This document shows, piece after piece, positions 1 through 11,120 of a stretch of DNA of 64,000 nt. The DNA is from an uncultured Chthonomonadaceae bacterium (GTDB lineage: Bacteria > Armatimonadota > Chthonomonadetes > Chthonomonadales > Chthonomonadaceae). The stretch is from positions 800,001-864,000 of the forward strand of contig CAWFQB010000005.1 in assembly GCA_963817895.1 (NCBI GenBank), read 5' to 3'. The position numbers and the translations under genes were made by a program. Each line of letters begins with the position of its first letter. The stretch's first letter is position 1. The notes under the pieces are model-generated. The model worked only from the letters and a program-made list of their open reading frames with translations. It was not told the origin of the DNA and did not search any database.

Positions 1-276
1 ATATCATCCAGAACACGATCCGCGCCCGTGAGAGGATTGGCCGAATAGTAGTTATTCAACTGCACATACAGGGGCGCGGCGTTCTGCTCGTCCGGCGGCA
101 GAGGACGGGCAAGGTCGCGGGGTTCGAGGGGCAGGCCCGCCGCGCGAACCTCCGCTTTCACCTGCGCCAGTTCCCACGCGCTGCGTTTGTCGAGATACAC
201 AAACGCGCCGACAAACAGCCCGCCCAACACCAGCAGCAGCGTAGCGAGAATGATAAGCCAACCGAAAGCGTTTCAT
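1..276 (-). CDS. Partial membrane-anchored hypothetical protein, tandem paralog of 292..1704; apparent +1 frameshift near 265
   Basis: ATG at 276 follows GGAGG. After one extra T the frame reads GWLIILATLLLVLGG...GLPLEPRDLARPLPPDEQNAAPLYVQL, matching GLPLTPADLKRPMPPTDRNAAPVYEQL of the upstream gene. Runs off the window edge. Confidence 0.7.
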
Positions 277-291
277 GCGATATCCTCCGTC

Positions 292-1704
292 CTATGGCGT
301 TGGCGCGGGCGTGGAAACAGCGGCGGGTGGAGTCTGCGTATAATACGCGGGCATCGGGAAACGGAACACGCTCTCATTACTGTTCGGCCTTTTGTTCGCC
401 GCGCCGCCATCGAATTTGCCCGTCGGCCCCACACTGTACACCACAAAACCGTTGCCCTCCTGCCGATAGCGCAAAGTCTGACCGTCAAATGGATCAGTCG
501 GAATGCTCGCCATTGCCTGTGACAGTTCGGCAGGAAACGCGCCATGCTTCTGCCGATAAGCCATAATTGCCGCCGCTGAAGAAACAACCGCTTTTTGCGC
601 TTCCCCCTGTGTCTGTTTGGTCAGCGCCTGCGAGTAGACAGAAAACATGACTGCGGCAATCGAGCGTGTCGGCAGCCGTTCAAAGCGCGTAAACTCGTGT
701 TCCAAAGCGTCCATTTTGGCGTGGCTTTCACGCGGCGGCAGGGCGGATACGGCAATGGCGCTGTGCAGAAACTGTAGCCAGTACAACTCATTGGCGGATA
801 CAATGGCTTTGCCCATGAAAGTAGGCGGACGATGGAAAGCAACCCTGACATTTTCGCCTGATTTCTCGTCCTCATCGCGCAGGGTTCCGTTCGCAATCTG
901 GTCAAACGTCACTTCACCCACAACAACCTCGCCGCGTATGCCGTCCGTCATGTTCACGGTTTTCCAGTTGTCCTCAATGGCTTTCTCGACGGCTGTGGCA
1001 ATGCCCGGCTGATCGCCCGCCGTATACAAAACACGTTCCATGAAGCGCAGCGTTATGGCATTGAGGGCAATGCCGACGAGTTTGCCGATCATAAAGGAAT
1101 CAGTGTTCGTATGCTGCGCCATCTGAAATCCGAGAGTTTCGTTGCGTATGGCGTCCAGTGGTTTGCCGTCGTACAGCAGGAGGGCGCTTTCGTTTGTCAG
1201 GACGCGCAGGCCACCGCGCATGGGCGCGTACTCTGGAAACAGCAGATTGTAGCCCAGCCCGTAGTCGCGATTGAAGTTACATTCCGGCTTTTGCGCGGCC
1301 TGATGTACCAGCGTGACGACATCCTGCCGCTGCGCTAAAGCGGCGCGCGCCTGCCGCATATTGTCTGATGTTGAGGGTACGTCGCGCTTTACTTCGTTGA
1401 GAACTTCGCCGTCGCCGCGCAGGGGTTTGGCTTTCAGCAATTGCGTCAACTGTTCATAAACGGGTGCGGCGTTGCGGTCAGTCGGCGGCATGGGACGCTT
1501 CAAATCGGCAGGCGTGAGCGGCAAACCTTCTTTCCGCATTTGTTGCCTGATTTCCGTCAACCCGCGCTGGCTCGACCATTCCACCCAACCTGCCCACAGG
1601 GGAACGCCTAATGTAAAAGACAATCCAACGATATGTAATCGCTTGACAAACTTCTTCCATTTTGTATTTATTTTCATCAGCATTGGTTCTCCATTTGCGT
1701 TCAT
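292..1704 (-). CDS. Membrane-anchored hypothetical protein with GspG/pseudopilin-like C-terminus
   Basis: 470-aa ORF with N-terminal TM segment and C-terminal YRQKHGAFPAEL..DPFDG..LRY..VYSVGPTG motif. Start may be ATG 1683. Confidence 0.65.
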   Translation of the reverse strand: MNANGEPMLMKINTKWKKFVKRLHIVGLSFTLGVPLWAGWVEWSSQRGLTEIRQQMRKEGLPLTPADLKRPMPPTDRNAAPVYEQLTQLLKAKPLRGDGEVLNEVKRDVPSTSDNMRQARAALAQRQDVVTLVHQAAQKPECNFNRDYGLGYNLLFPEYAPMRGGLRVLTNESALLLYDGKPLDAIRNETLGFQMAQHTNTDSFMIGKLVGIALNAITLRFMERVLYTAGDQPGIATAVEKAIEDNWKTVNMTDGIRGEVVVGEVTFDQIANGTLRDEDEKSGENVRVAFHRPPTFMGKAIVSANELYWLQFLHSAIAVSALPPRESHAKMDALEHEFTRFERLPTRSIAAVMFSVYSQALTKQTQGEAQKAVVSSAAAIMAYRQKHGAFPAELSQAMASIPTDPFDGQTLRYRQEGNGFVVYSVGPTGKFDGGAANKRPNSNESVFRFPMPAYYTQTPPAAVSTPAPTP

Positions 1705-1725
1705 TCGCGCGTATTCGCGGCTAAA
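1693..1725. repeat. CGCGAAT-type short tandem repeat element, same family as 43810..43843
   Basis: Reverse complement TTTAGCCGCGAATACGCGCGAATGAACGCAAAT versus TTTAGCCGCGAATGAACGCGAATAAACGCGAATA at 43810. Confidence 0.7.
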
Positions 1726-1733
1726 CTCTGTTT

Positions 1734-3221
1734 TTAATTCTCCGGGTACAGCAGATACGGCTGGCGGCGAATACGAAAATCAGACGCGGCCTGATTCCAC
1801 TCTTCCCACAATTGAGCGGCGGATTTTTGTTGTACCACGCCTTTGCGTACCGCATCCGTGCCGTTGACCAGATCGAACATGCGGGTCTGCTCTTTGTTCG
1901 TGAAGAAGTGCAGGTTTGGCATCACCTTGCGGGAGGCGTCTATCAATTCAAAGTTCAGGCGGCACAGTTCCGCGCGGCTTCTGTCTGTTAGTATAATATG
2001 GACGCCCGAACACAGTTTACCCGCATAAACGCCGTGCGCGGGAGTCCATTCTGCGGGAACGAAACGGACGCCGGGTAGAGCGCGTTGGGTCAGTTCCGCC
2101 GTATACGCCTGCGCGTTCATGCCGGGAGCGCCCGCGTACTCGAACGGCAGGGGAGTCCCAATGCCGATACTCAGCGCGGGCAATTCCCCCACCTGTCCGG
2201 TTGCGGCGTAAAACAGAGCCGTTCTCGCAAACGGCACATGCGGGCTGGGCGCGATCCATTTCAAGCCCGTTTCGTTCCATATCATGCCGCGCTTCCAATT
2301 TTGCATCGGCACGACGGTCAGAACACATTTAGCGCCCCCGGCCATATATTTTTCGCCGTTGAGCAGCCGCGCCAGTTCTCCGACTGTCAGCCCGTGCAGA
2401 TAGGGAACCGGGTACTTGCCCACAAACGACCGGAACGCAGGGGTTGGAATGTTGCCCTCGATGCGATTGCCGCCGGAGGGGTTAGGCCGGTCCAGCACAA
2501 CAAAAGCGAGATGGTTTTCCGCTGCGGCTTCCATGCACAGGCCGAGCGTGCTGATGTAGGTATAGGAGCGGGAACCTATGTCCTGAATATCGAAGACCAG
2601 TGTATCCAGATTACGAAGCATCGCGGGCGTCGGCTTCTGTGTTTTGCCGTACAGCGAGTAAACGGGCAGGCCGGTTACGCTATCGCGACTGTCGCCCACT
2701 TTCGCGCCCGCAGATGCCCGCCCGCGCAGGCCGTGTTCCGGGCTGAACAGGGCCAAAAGCTGAAAACTTCCCTGCCCGGTTGCGTTGCCCGGTTTGTTTT
2801 CGACCTGCCCCGACGCCTCTTTTCCTGACGCCTCTTTTCCTGATACGTCTTTCCCTGTTGCTGATTTTCCGGCTTCTTCCGGCGTTGATTCAACCTGCAC
2901 CCGTTGCTTTGAAGCCTGAAACAGCAGGTCAATGCCGCTTTTGCCGTTCCGCGCGATACCCGTCTGGTTGGTAATCAGGCCCACGCGCTTGCCCCGTAAC
3001 GGCGCAAAGTTCTGCGCAATCAGCACATCCAGCCCGGTTCTTGTCCCACTTGTTTCCGCTATGGGTTCCTGCCGCGCCGCCTGTCCCGGCGCAATGGTAC
3101 ACGCGCAAAAAAGCAGACAAAAGAGTACAAATTTTCTGATAAATGCTTGACGGCTTCGGCGCAATATGCTATGATACTCCCGCATGGTACAAATGACGGC
3201 GTAATTTTGTTTCGGTTTCAC
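1734..3221 (-). CDS. namZ: Exo-beta-N-acetylmuramidase NamZ / DUF1343 family
   Basis: Motifs GLDVL..GKRVGLITNQTG, LFSPEHG, FDIQDIGSRSYTYI, VLDRPNP, PSPH; signal-like N-terminus. Start uncertain (possibly ATG near 3185). Confidence 0.88.
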   Translation of the reverse strand: MKPKQNYAVICTMREYHSILRRSRQAFIRKFVLFCLLFCACTIAPGQAARQEPIAETSGTRTGLDVLIAQNFAPLRGKRVGLITNQTGIARNGKSGIDLLFQASKQRVQVESTPEEAGKSATGKDVSGKEASGKEASGQVENKPGNATGQGSFQLLALFSPEHGLRGRASAGAKVGDSRDSVTGLPVYSLYGKTQKPTPAMLRNLDTLVFDIQDIGSRSYTYISTLGLCMEAAAENHLAFVVLDRPNPSGGNRIEGNIPTPAFRSFVGKYPVPYLHGLTVGELARLLNGEKYMAGGAKCVLTVVPMQNWKRGMIWNETGLKWIAPSPHVPFARTALFYAATGQVGELPALSIGIGTPLPFEYAGAPGMNAQAYTAELTQRALPGVRFVPAEWTPAHGVYAGKLCSGVHIILTDRSRAELCRLNFELIDASRKVMPNLHFFTNKEQTRMFDLVNGTDAVRKGVVQQKSAAQLWEEWNQAASDFRIRRQPYLLYPEN

Positions 3222-3274
3222 TTTCTCACCCTTTTCACACTTTCATACTTATCGCCATGCGCAAGGAGTTTGCC

Positions 3275-3707
3275 ATGAAGTTGTTGAACGTTCGTCTGCT
3301 TGTCAGCGACATGAATGCCAGCCTCGCGTTTTACCGCGACACAGTTGGGATTTAAGCAGTTGTTCGTTGATCCCGATGGGGATTACACGGAACTCTCGGC
3401 GGGCCAGTCCGTCACGATTGCCCTGTTCGGCAAAACCCACATGGCCGAGGCTGTCGGAACGGCGCACAGGCCCGCCAGTTCCGAACATCAGGATACCTTC
3501 GTTATCGCCTTTGAAGTGGACAACGTAGACGAAACCGTTGCGCAACTGGAAGCGAAGGGCGTTGTCATAGATACGCCCGCGCAGGATCGCCCCCTGTGGA
3601 TGATGCGAACCGCCCATTTGCGCGACCCGGACGGCAACCTGATCGAAATTCTGGCCGGACTTGCGCCCGCGCCCGAAGCCAGCGTTGCCGAGGCGATTGC
3701 GGCGTAG
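3275..3707 (+). CDS. VOC/glyoxalase family protein, apparent +1 frameshift near 3344
   Basis: AAGGAG RBS and ATG 3275 give MKLLNVRLLVSDMNASLAFYRDT, continuing in the next frame as LGFKQL...IAFEVDNVD...LRDPDGNLIEI. Confidence 0.85.
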
Positions 3708-3708
3708 T

Positions 3709-3770
3709 TACCTCACCCCAACCCCTCTCCTGGCCGCGCAACGCGCCAGGAGAGGGGTTGGGGTGAGGTA
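3709..3770. repeat. CCTCACCCC/CCCCTCTCC palindromic REP-like element; related copies at 9613..9690 and 15068..15120
   Basis: Perfect 26-bp stem TACCTCACCCCAACCCCTCTCCTGGC / GCCAGGAGAGGGGTTGGGGTGAGGTA. Confidence 0.9.
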
Positions 3771-3808
3771 TATTAAAGTACATTCTTTCGCAAAGGAACC
3801 AACAAGCC

Positions 3809-5245
3809 GTGCCATCTGTTTCCCATCTTCATTATAATAGGTTCAAAACCGCTGCTGCGATTGCCTGCCTGCTTGCCGCTGCTGTTGCGCCGACAATAGC
3901 GCAGGATAAAGTCGCGTATCCGCCGCCGAAAAATGTGGGCGATCCGGCTACGCTTGGCCTGAATATTCAGCGGACGATGACGCTGCTGGCTTCCAGTACG
4001 CACACACATCGCAACACCGTGAAAATTCTATTTTACGGGCAGTCTATTACGGAACAAAGTTGGTGGCAGAATGTGGCGGACGATTTGAAACGCCGCTTTC
4101 CGAACGCCAATCTTATCATTGAGAACCGGGCGCTGGGCGGTTACTCGTCACAACTGCTGGTGAAAACAGCGGAGTCCGACCTGTACCCGTTTTATCCCGA
4201 CCTGATGATTTTTCACGTTTACGGGGCGCACGACAAGTACGAGGATATTATACGCCGAACCCGGGAACAAACTACAGCCGAGGTTCTGATACAAACCGAC
4301 CATGTGACGCGGGATGAAGACTTGACCGAAGAAACCGACCCGGCCAAACTGCGTCCGGACGGCAAAATCTGGAACTCGTTTATGAACTACCTGCATCTGC
4401 CCGCTGTCGCCAAAAAGTACCATTGCGGGCTGGTAGATCAGCGCAACCTGTGGAAGCAATACCTGCGCGACAACCACGTTCACGCCGCCGCGCTGCTTCA
4501 GGACGGCGTTCACCAGAACGCTTACGGCAATTATCTGATGAGCGAACTGGTCAAGGCGTACCTTGTGCCGCGCCCGGACGCGCATATTGACCCGATGAAC
4601 TGCGACACGGTTAAAACAAGTGAAATCGGCAAGGACGTTCGCAAGCTGACGAAGACATTCGAGGGCAACCGCGTTGATTTTATCGCGCGTGGTGGCGCTT
4701 CCACGCTCACCAACATTCGCATTGACGGCAAAAAACCATCAGAAATTCCGCAATTGTATGGATTCACGCGGGCATTGGCGACACCGGGCGGCAAATGGCC
4801 CGTGATTTTGAAAGTGGGTTCGGAGAGGCTGCTACAGTTGGAAGACTGGACTATGGATGTAACCAAAGACCCCGCCGATCCCAAACAGTTCACGTTTACG
4901 CTGTCAGGATCGAAAACGGGGCCGGACGGTTCGGGCCGTTCGGATCAGCGCTTTGTATCCAAATCGGGGCGCGTTGTGATTGAGCCGGAGGATTGGAACG
5001 TGGAATTCGCGCTGATGCTGCCGGGTATCAAGCCCGTGCCGGACAAGTTTACGGTTCACTGGAGCGTGGTTCCGCATTTTTCAGACACGTTCACCGCGCC
5101 CGCCCACCCGGACAAAACAACAGAAACCGTCGTCACCATCGCGCAGGGATTGACTAACGGCAAACACACGCTGGAAATCACCAGAAGCGGCAACACGCCC
5201 CTGCTTGCCATTCGCGTCTACCGCCCGCCCGTCACCGCGCAGTAG
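3809..5245 (+). CDS. Secreted SGNH/GDSL hydrolase family protein
   Basis: Signal peptide, FYGQSIT (block I), NRALGG (block II), DGVHQN (block V). Confidence 0.8.
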   Translation: MPSVSHLHYNRFKTAAAIACLLAAAVAPTIAQDKVAYPPPKNVGDPATLGLNIQRTMTLLASSTHTHRNTVKILFYGQSITEQSWWQNVADDLKRRFPNANLIIENRALGGYSSQLLVKTAESDLYPFYPDLMIFHVYGAHDKYEDIIRRTREQTTAEVLIQTDHVTRDEDLTEETDPAKLRPDGKIWNSFMNYLHLPAVAKKYHCGLVDQRNLWKQYLRDNHVHAAALLQDGVHQNAYGNYLMSELVKAYLVPRPDAHIDPMNCDTVKTSEIGKDVRKLTKTFEGNRVDFIARGGASTLTNIRIDGKKPSEIPQLYGFTRALATPGGKWPVILKVGSERLLQLEDWTMDVTKDPADPKQFTFTLSGSKTGPDGSGRSDQRFVSKSGRVVIEPEDWNVEFALMLPGIKPVPDKFTVHWSVVPHFSDTFTAPAHPDKTTETVVTIAQGLTNGKHTLEITRSGNTPLLAIRVYRPPVTAQ

Positions 5246-5737
5246 GGAAAAGGAGGCAGGAACGGGGGAGAACGCGGATACCGGGCTATTGGGTTTGCGC
5301 GAGGATGGGAACATTCAATTGTTCGCCATTGGGCAGGGTTACGGTCACTCGCGTTGAGATCGGGCAGGTTGTGTTAAATCAGTATCCGGCGGGCGCGCTG
5401 CTCCGGCGTTGTCGCTGAACGTCGTGGACGCTCGCCCGCTAAAGTCGCTAAATCGCTGAACAAACAGCAATTTAATTGCTATCTATACTGTTCAACTTCT
5501 ATCAAGTATCATCTGAACACTCCACTGATTCTATGTGGAATTTTGCGGCAACCAGCGGACTTACAATCTTCCGCAGATACCCGCTGAAATCAGTGAAGGG
5601 CTGCCCCTCGATTAATCTTTTTCTGTCGGCATCCAGAATGGCAAACAGAAATTGATGATGTTGTACTCATGGGTGTACAGCAGGCTCAGTCTGGCATTAT
5701 GCCGTTATTGCGTAGCGTCGAGCCGTCAAGAGTGTAT

Positions 5738-6787
5738 TCAGTCCACTGATGGCGGATTGGAACTACTGGAACGCAGTAATTGATGTGGCTCTGTACCGGC
5801 GCTTTCCTGAGCAGGACGAACTAATATACGGCTGCTCTCCGAAACGCTCTGACTGGCGCGCAACAGCATTCTGGAAGCGTTTTCCTGTTGTTGACGTTGC
5901 TGTAAAACTGGCAGAACGTGTATGGCTAAACTTCGCGCCTGTTCAGAGCGACCTTTTACAGCGGTTCGCTCGACAGACCGAACCGCATTACCGTCACCCA
6001 CTTTGATTAGCGCTTCCAGAATAGTTAGCTGTAGAACCGCCTCTGCATGATCCAGTATATGGCATAAGCCGGAGATTGTTTCGGAAGAGAAAGAACCGTA
6101 GTGTTCGGGCGTCAAAGAAGGCAATACCAGCGGAAGCGCATCAAGCGCGGCATTACGTACCACTAAACTGCTGTCCTTTGTCGCTTTTGTAATAACGCCT
6201 AAAAAGGAGGCTTGTTTCAGGTATCCCAATGCTGCAACTGCCGCCGCGCGCACCCTGTTGGCATACAGGGCGTCGAAGAGACAGAACAAGGGCAGGAACA
6301 AGGGAGCCACAGCACATGTTACTATCAACATCATGCGCAACATTATGAAACTATACCAGTTGCCCTCTCCTGCAAGCCAATCAAAATGGTACAACAGATA
6401 GCAGAACATTGCTGCCAGAAACAGCAGAGTACGCGCTAAACCGTTTCCTACCCGCCGCCGCAAGCAGTACTTTGGTGTGGGCAGCCGTTTTTCGACAATC
6501 GAGATGAGAGTTGTCGCCGCCCGTTCTTGTTCTGCCGTATTCATGGAGATGTGGCGCAACAGCCATATCGTAAGCCAGCACTCATCCCACACAGGCCGCA
6601 ACAGGTTCCTGGAGAAAAGCAGGTCTGTATCCGTGAGCCGTGTTTGCGCGTAAGCCATTTGTCCGGGCGTGAGAGGCTGTTGGTTCTCCAGAGCCATGAT
6701 AATCTCGCGCAGAGTGGCGTTCTTCAGGCGTTTTCTCGCCTGCCGAAACATCCGAGCATCGGAGCAACTTGTAAACAGATCAGTCAT
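5738..6787 (-). CDS. Membrane HEAT-repeat protein with triple LLR C-terminal tail (paralog of 56809..57723)
   Basis: Two TM segments, HEAT-like VRAAAVAALG / ILEALIKVGD, tail LLRAS..LVRPA..EPHQLLRSS. Confidence 0.7.
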   Translation of the reverse strand: MTDLFTSCSDARMFRQARKRLKNATLREIIMALENQQPLTPGQMAYAQTRLTDTDLLFSRNLLRPVWDECWLTIWLLRHISMNTAEQERAATTLISIVEKRLPTPKYCLRRRVGNGLARTLLFLAAMFCYLLYHFDWLAGEGNWYSFIMLRMMLIVTCAVAPLFLPLFCLFDALYANRVRAAAVAALGYLKQASFLGVITKATKDSSLVVRNAALDALPLVLPSLTPEHYGSFSSETISGLCHILDHAEAVLQLTILEALIKVGDGNAVRSVERTAVKGRSEQARSLAIHVLPVLQQRQQQENASRMLLRASQSVSESSRILVRPAQESAGTEPHQLLRSSSSNPPSVD

Positions 6788-6910
6788 AAAACCACTCCAA
6801 TCAACGGATGTTTTAGATGCCTTGAAGATTTTGATGGTGTTTGTAATAGAACCTGTCTTAAAGGCGAGTTTATGAGTTTGTCGTAATCATCTAAGCCATT
6901 CCATTTCTTG

Positions 6911-7141
6911 TTATTCATTCAGGCTTACCGGACCGGATATATCCAGTAGATTCCAGTCGCAACTATAACCGTTTTCTTCTATATACACCCAATAAACCTT
7001 AAAATTGGTTTTGAGGATTGGCTCATCCTGCCACCAAAAAGCATCACATTCAGCACAAATCTTGATGGCTGTCTGGAGCGGCGTCACGAGAGCATTGACC
7101 ACATAATCTTGCGAACATCTGGGACAATCCACTTTTGACAT
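6911..7141 (-). CDS. Small Zn-ribbon (CPRC..CAEC) protein, possible immunity protein
   Basis: 76 aa, GAGG RBS, AT-richer, in array with an Imm35-like gene. Confidence 0.6.
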   Translation of the reverse strand: MSKVDCPRCSQDYVVNALVTPLQTAIKICAECDAFWWQDEPILKTNFKVYWVYIEENGYSCDWNLLDISGPVSLNE

Positions 7142-7194
7142 GCGAGTACCTCATCCACAACGGAATGTTCCAACAGCGGCGATGAAGGCTTCTG

Positions 7195-7536
7195 TTATGG
7201 CGAACGTTTAGCGCGGAGCCATTTCAAGAAACGTCGCAGGGGATTGCGGCGGCGAGTCTCGAAGCGCTTGATGTAAACCTCCGTGTTCTCTGCTGTGCCG
7301 GTAACATGCAATGAGCCATCTTCTTTATCTACAATGATCGGCGCGTTACCGTAAACAGCTTCGTTCAAGTCGCCAGTGTCCAGAAACTTCCGCGAATTGT
7401 AGAAGAACACCCAACCGTACTCCTTCGTAATGGTATGTTCGTCCATGACGACAAGGGAATTGTCAGGTTTGTATTTGTATGTATTGATGTACTCTGTGAC
7501 GAGTAACTTTGCTGTTTCTCGGTTCAGCATAGACAT
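7195..7536 (-). CDS. YrhB / immunity protein 35-like
   Basis: EYGWVFFYNSRKFL.TGD...YGNAPIIVDKEDG motif. Confidence 0.8.
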   Translation of the reverse strand: MSMLNRETAKLLVTEYINTYKYKPDNSLVVMDEHTITKEYGWVFFYNSRKFLDTGDLNEAVYGNAPIIVDKEDGSLHVTGTAENTEVYIKRFETRRRNPLRRFLKWLRAKRSP

Positions 7537-7548
7537 CTCGCATAGCGA

Positions 7549-8043
7549 TTACTTTGCGCCGACGGCCCGAAGCAAAGAAACCACTTTAGGGTCATAGCCA
7601 GTCGGCTTGAACTCCTCTTTGTCTGTTTGCAACGCCCACCATAGAGCGCTTCTGCCAAGTTTGTCATGTGCATTGACATCTGCCCCAGCGTTAATCAACG
7701 CTTTCACCATTGTCATTTGTCCGTCACTGGCAGCCGTCATCAATGCGGTCGTGCCATCTTCTTCGTACTTCGCGTTGACATCGGCATGATGCGCAATCAA
7801 GGTTCGGACTACATCCACATTCCAATTTTGTACGGCAAACATGAGCGGTGTTCTGCCATTGTCATCAGCGTTCACGTTGGCCCCCAGGTACAGCGTCAGG
7901 TTTACTACTGTCGCATTGCCGTCTTCAGCCTCATAGAAGAGAACTCCATTGACCAGGACAAAATATATCAGCAGGAGAATGAGCGTTAGCAGAAGCCAGC
8001 CTGCTCCACTATTCTTTACTTTATGGGAAACTAAGGAATTCAT
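7549..8043 (-). CDS. Membrane-anchored ankyrin repeat protein
   Basis: GRTPLMFA, GTTALMTA, GADVNA repeats after a TM helix. Confidence 0.9.
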   Translation of the reverse strand: MNSLVSHKVKNSGAGWLLLTLILLLIYFVLVNGVLFYEAEDGNATVVNLTLYLGANVNADDNGRTPLMFAVQNWNVDVVRTLIAHHADVNAKYEEDGTTALMTAASDGQMTMVKALINAGADVNAHDKLGRSALWWALQTDKEEFKPTGYDPKVVSLLRAVGAK

Positions 8044-8238
8044 AGTTTTGCCCCCGCCTGCTTCAAAATTGCGACAATATCACAACCATATTTCATTATA
8101 TACGGACGGTTCCTGCATTATCAGCCATCCGCAATACGTTTTTTTTGAAGAGGGCGCGAACAGGCAGGAAAATGCGCCCGGTAAACGCGAATAGGGACGA
8201 GGATTGCACAGGTTTGCGTTTTGAAGGAAAAGAAATTT

Positions 8239-9607
8239 ATGAGTATCACAGGGCGCTTTTATCGTTTACGGCAACGGGCGGGGCAGATAGGGGCGTTGGC
8301 GTGTTTGCTGGCTGCTGTTTCCGCTTCCGTTTGCCACGCGCAGCAGATGCTGAAGGTGCAGACGCAGAAACTGGCGAACGGGCTGACGGTTCTGGCGCTG
8401 GAAGACCATACCACGCCCTCTATCGCCTACTACACCGTGTTCAAAGTGGGGTCGCGCAACGAGCATCCGGGCATTACGGGCCTGTCGCACCTGTTTGAAC
8501 ACATGATGTTCAACGGTTCGGCAAAGTACGCGCCCAAGCAGTTCGATGAGATACTGGAAACGGGCGGCGGCTATTCCAACGCCTTTACCAATGCCGATAC
8601 AACCGAATATTACGAGGAGTTTTCCTCCGGCACGCTGGACGTTGTTTTGCGCATGGAAGTCCGACCGGATGCGCGCCCTCAAACTGGACAAAGCCAACAT
8701 CGAGCAGGAGCGCGGCATCGTCAAGGAGGAGCGGCGCGTCAACACGGACAACAACGTCGAGTCGGCGATGGACGAAGTGTTGTGGAACAGCGCGTTTGTC
8801 GCCCACCCCTACCATTGGGACACCATCGGCTTTATGAAGGACATTGACGCCATCCGATTAGAGGACGCCAAAACCTATTTCCGCGAACACTACGCGCCCA
8901 ACAATGCGGTCGTCGCGGTTGTGGGCGACTTCGACACGAAGCAGTTGTTCGCGAAAATTACGCAATATTATGGCGACATCAAAGCGCAGCCCGCGTCGCG
9001 CCCGGTTGTCAACGCGGAACCGCCGCAACAGGGCGAAAAGCGGATCGCGTTCCACAAAGCGGCGGAATTGCCCGCCGTTCAGGTCGGCTACCATGTCGGC
9101 TCCGCCCACGACAAGGATGATGCGAGTTTGGATGTGCTGTCCACCATTCTGTCGCATGGCGAGAGTTCGCGCCTGTACCGTTTGCTGGTGTATGACAAAC
9201 AGATCGCCACATCGGTTTCCGCTGGCAACGACTCGCGGCAGGACCCCGGTTTGTTCATCTTCACCGGTCAGGCGCAGCAGGGACACACAACGCAGGAGTG
9301 CGAAAACGCCATTTACGACGTGCTGGCGGGCGTACAAAAGGACGGCGTAACCGCGCAGGAGATGCTCAAAGCCCGCAACGTGGAGCGCGTCGAGTTTCTG
9401 GACAAGTTCAAAACCAACATCGGGCGCGCGGGATTGGTTGCCGAGTACGAGGCGAACTGGGGCGGATGGAAACATTTATACGATTATCTGCCCCGCCACG
9501 ACAAAGTAACCCCCGCCGACGTGCAGCGCGTTTCCAAACACTATTTCAGCGACCGCAACCGCACTGTCGTAACGCTGATACCGGAAAAATCAGGAGACAA
9601 GGAATAG
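8239..9607 (+). CDS. M16 (pitrilysin-like) zinc peptidase, active subunit; apparent +1 frameshift near 8658
   Basis: HLFEH motif and NAFT in the first frame; SDRM..IEQERGIVKEERR..HPY..YAPNNA in the second frame. Confidence 0.9.
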
Positions 9608-9612
9608 AATGG

Positions 9613-9690
9613 CCCTCAACCCCCGGCCCCTTCTCCCTCAAAAGCGCATTTCAAAGCGAAGCAGAAATGCGCAATTTGGGGGAAGGGGAG
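9613..9690. repeat. CCCTCAACCCC/CCCCTTCTCCC REP-like palindrome
   Basis: CCCTCAACCCCCGGCCCCTTCTCCC...GGGGGAAGGGGAG, related to 3709..3770. Confidence 0.7.
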
Positions 9691-9713
9691 AGTATTTAGT
9701 GGTTACGTCACCC

Positions 9714-11103
9714 ATGATAGACTGTGTGAAAGGTTCTGTTGGATTTGTCTGCACCCTTTTGTTCGGGCTTTGGACATGCGGGGCGGGGGCGCAGAAGATC
9801 AATCTGCCGCCTGTGACGCGAACTACGCTGCCGAATGGGTCGCGGGTGGTGCTGATGGAGTACCATCGCGCCCCGAGCATCGTATTAACGGCGCAGTTTG
9901 CGGGCGGCAGCGTATATGACCCGGCAGAGAAAACCGGCGTGGCCGAACTGACCGCAACCCTGATGCGCAAGGGAACGGAAACCCGAACGGCGCTTCAGCT
10001 TGCCGAGCAGATAGACACGCTGGGCGGCAGACTGAGCGCGGGCGCGGGCGATGACCGTATTTCCGTAACGCTGGACGTGCTGAGTAAGGACACGGACGCG
10101 GGCATGGACCTGTTCGCGGACATTATCCGGCATCCCACCCTGCCCGAAGACGAGTTGACGCGGGAACGGCAGTTGGAGATTTCCAGTTTGCAGGCGTTGG
10201 GCGAAAGCCCCGGCGCGATTGCCTCCCGCGTCGCCAACGAGATCGTGTATGCCGGACATCCCTACGGGCGCGAAAGTACCATCACGTCCCTGAAAAACAT
10301 TACTCGCGAGGATTTGCGGTCGTTCTACGACCAGATTTTCCGTCCCAACCGGATGATACTGGTGGCTGTCGGCGACTTCAAAAGCAGTGACATGCTGGCG
10401 AAACTGACCAGTCGTTTCGGCGATTGGAAGGCGGACGCGCCTGCCCTGCCTGTAGTTGCGCCGTTCACGTCTTCCCCGCGCAAAGTGGTGCTGATTGACA
10501 AGCCGGACGCCACGCAAACGCAGGTTCGCTGGGTACGTGCCGGTTTTCCACGCCGCAGCCCGGACTACTTCGCGGCGCAACTGGCGCAGTCCGCGCTTGG
10601 CGGCGGTTTCACGTCCCGGCTTATCAACGAAATTCGCGTGAACCGTTCGCTGACATACGGCATCAACAGTTTTTTCGCGCCCCAACTGCTCGGCGGCGAT
10701 TTTGAGGTTTCCACGTTCACCAAAATCGAAACCACCAAAGCCCTGCTGGACGCGACAACCACCGTTCTACAGCAGGCGGCAGACAAGGGACTGACCGCCG
10801 CCGAAATACAAAAAGCGAAAAGCTACCTGAGCGGGCAATTCGCCATCGAGGTACAATCGCCGGAAAGTCTGGCGGGGCAACTGGCGAATATCGCGTTTTA
10901 CGGTTTGCCTGCCGACTATCTGCAAACGTATCTGCTGCGACTCCGCGCCGTGCCGCTTGCCGACGTGAACCGCGTGGCGCAGCGCCTACTTCGGACCGCA
11001 GTCCATGTCGCTGATTCTGGTCGCCCCCGCCGCCAAAGTAAAATCGCAACTGTCAAGTTTGAGCAATGTAGACATACGCCCGGTTGATACCGTTGGCAAA
11101 TAA
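9714..11103 (+). CDS. M16 peptidase-like inactive partner subunit; apparent +1 frameshift near 10987
   Basis: TLPNG, KGT, HPYG, LGGGFTSRL..EIR..RSLTY, no HxxEH. The shifted frame gives RYFGPQSMSLILVAP...GK* ending at 11103. Confidence 0.85.
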
Positions 11104-11120
11104 GTGTCGAAAGGAAGCGC

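Noticed and set aside
2810..2870. 15-nt repeat in namZ (GKEAS units)
   Set aside because: Ordinary in-frame linker duplication with no inverted partner.
5246..5737. Possible ncRNA or gene remnant (minus-strand RVTVTLPNGEQLNVPILAQTQ*) and palindrome AGCAATT-T-AATTGCT
   Set aside because: Interrupted frames and no recognisable family; too weak to call.
6911..8043. Integron cassette array
   Set aside because: No convincing RYYYAAC/GTTRRRY attC pairs, one gap is only 12 nt, and there is no integrase.
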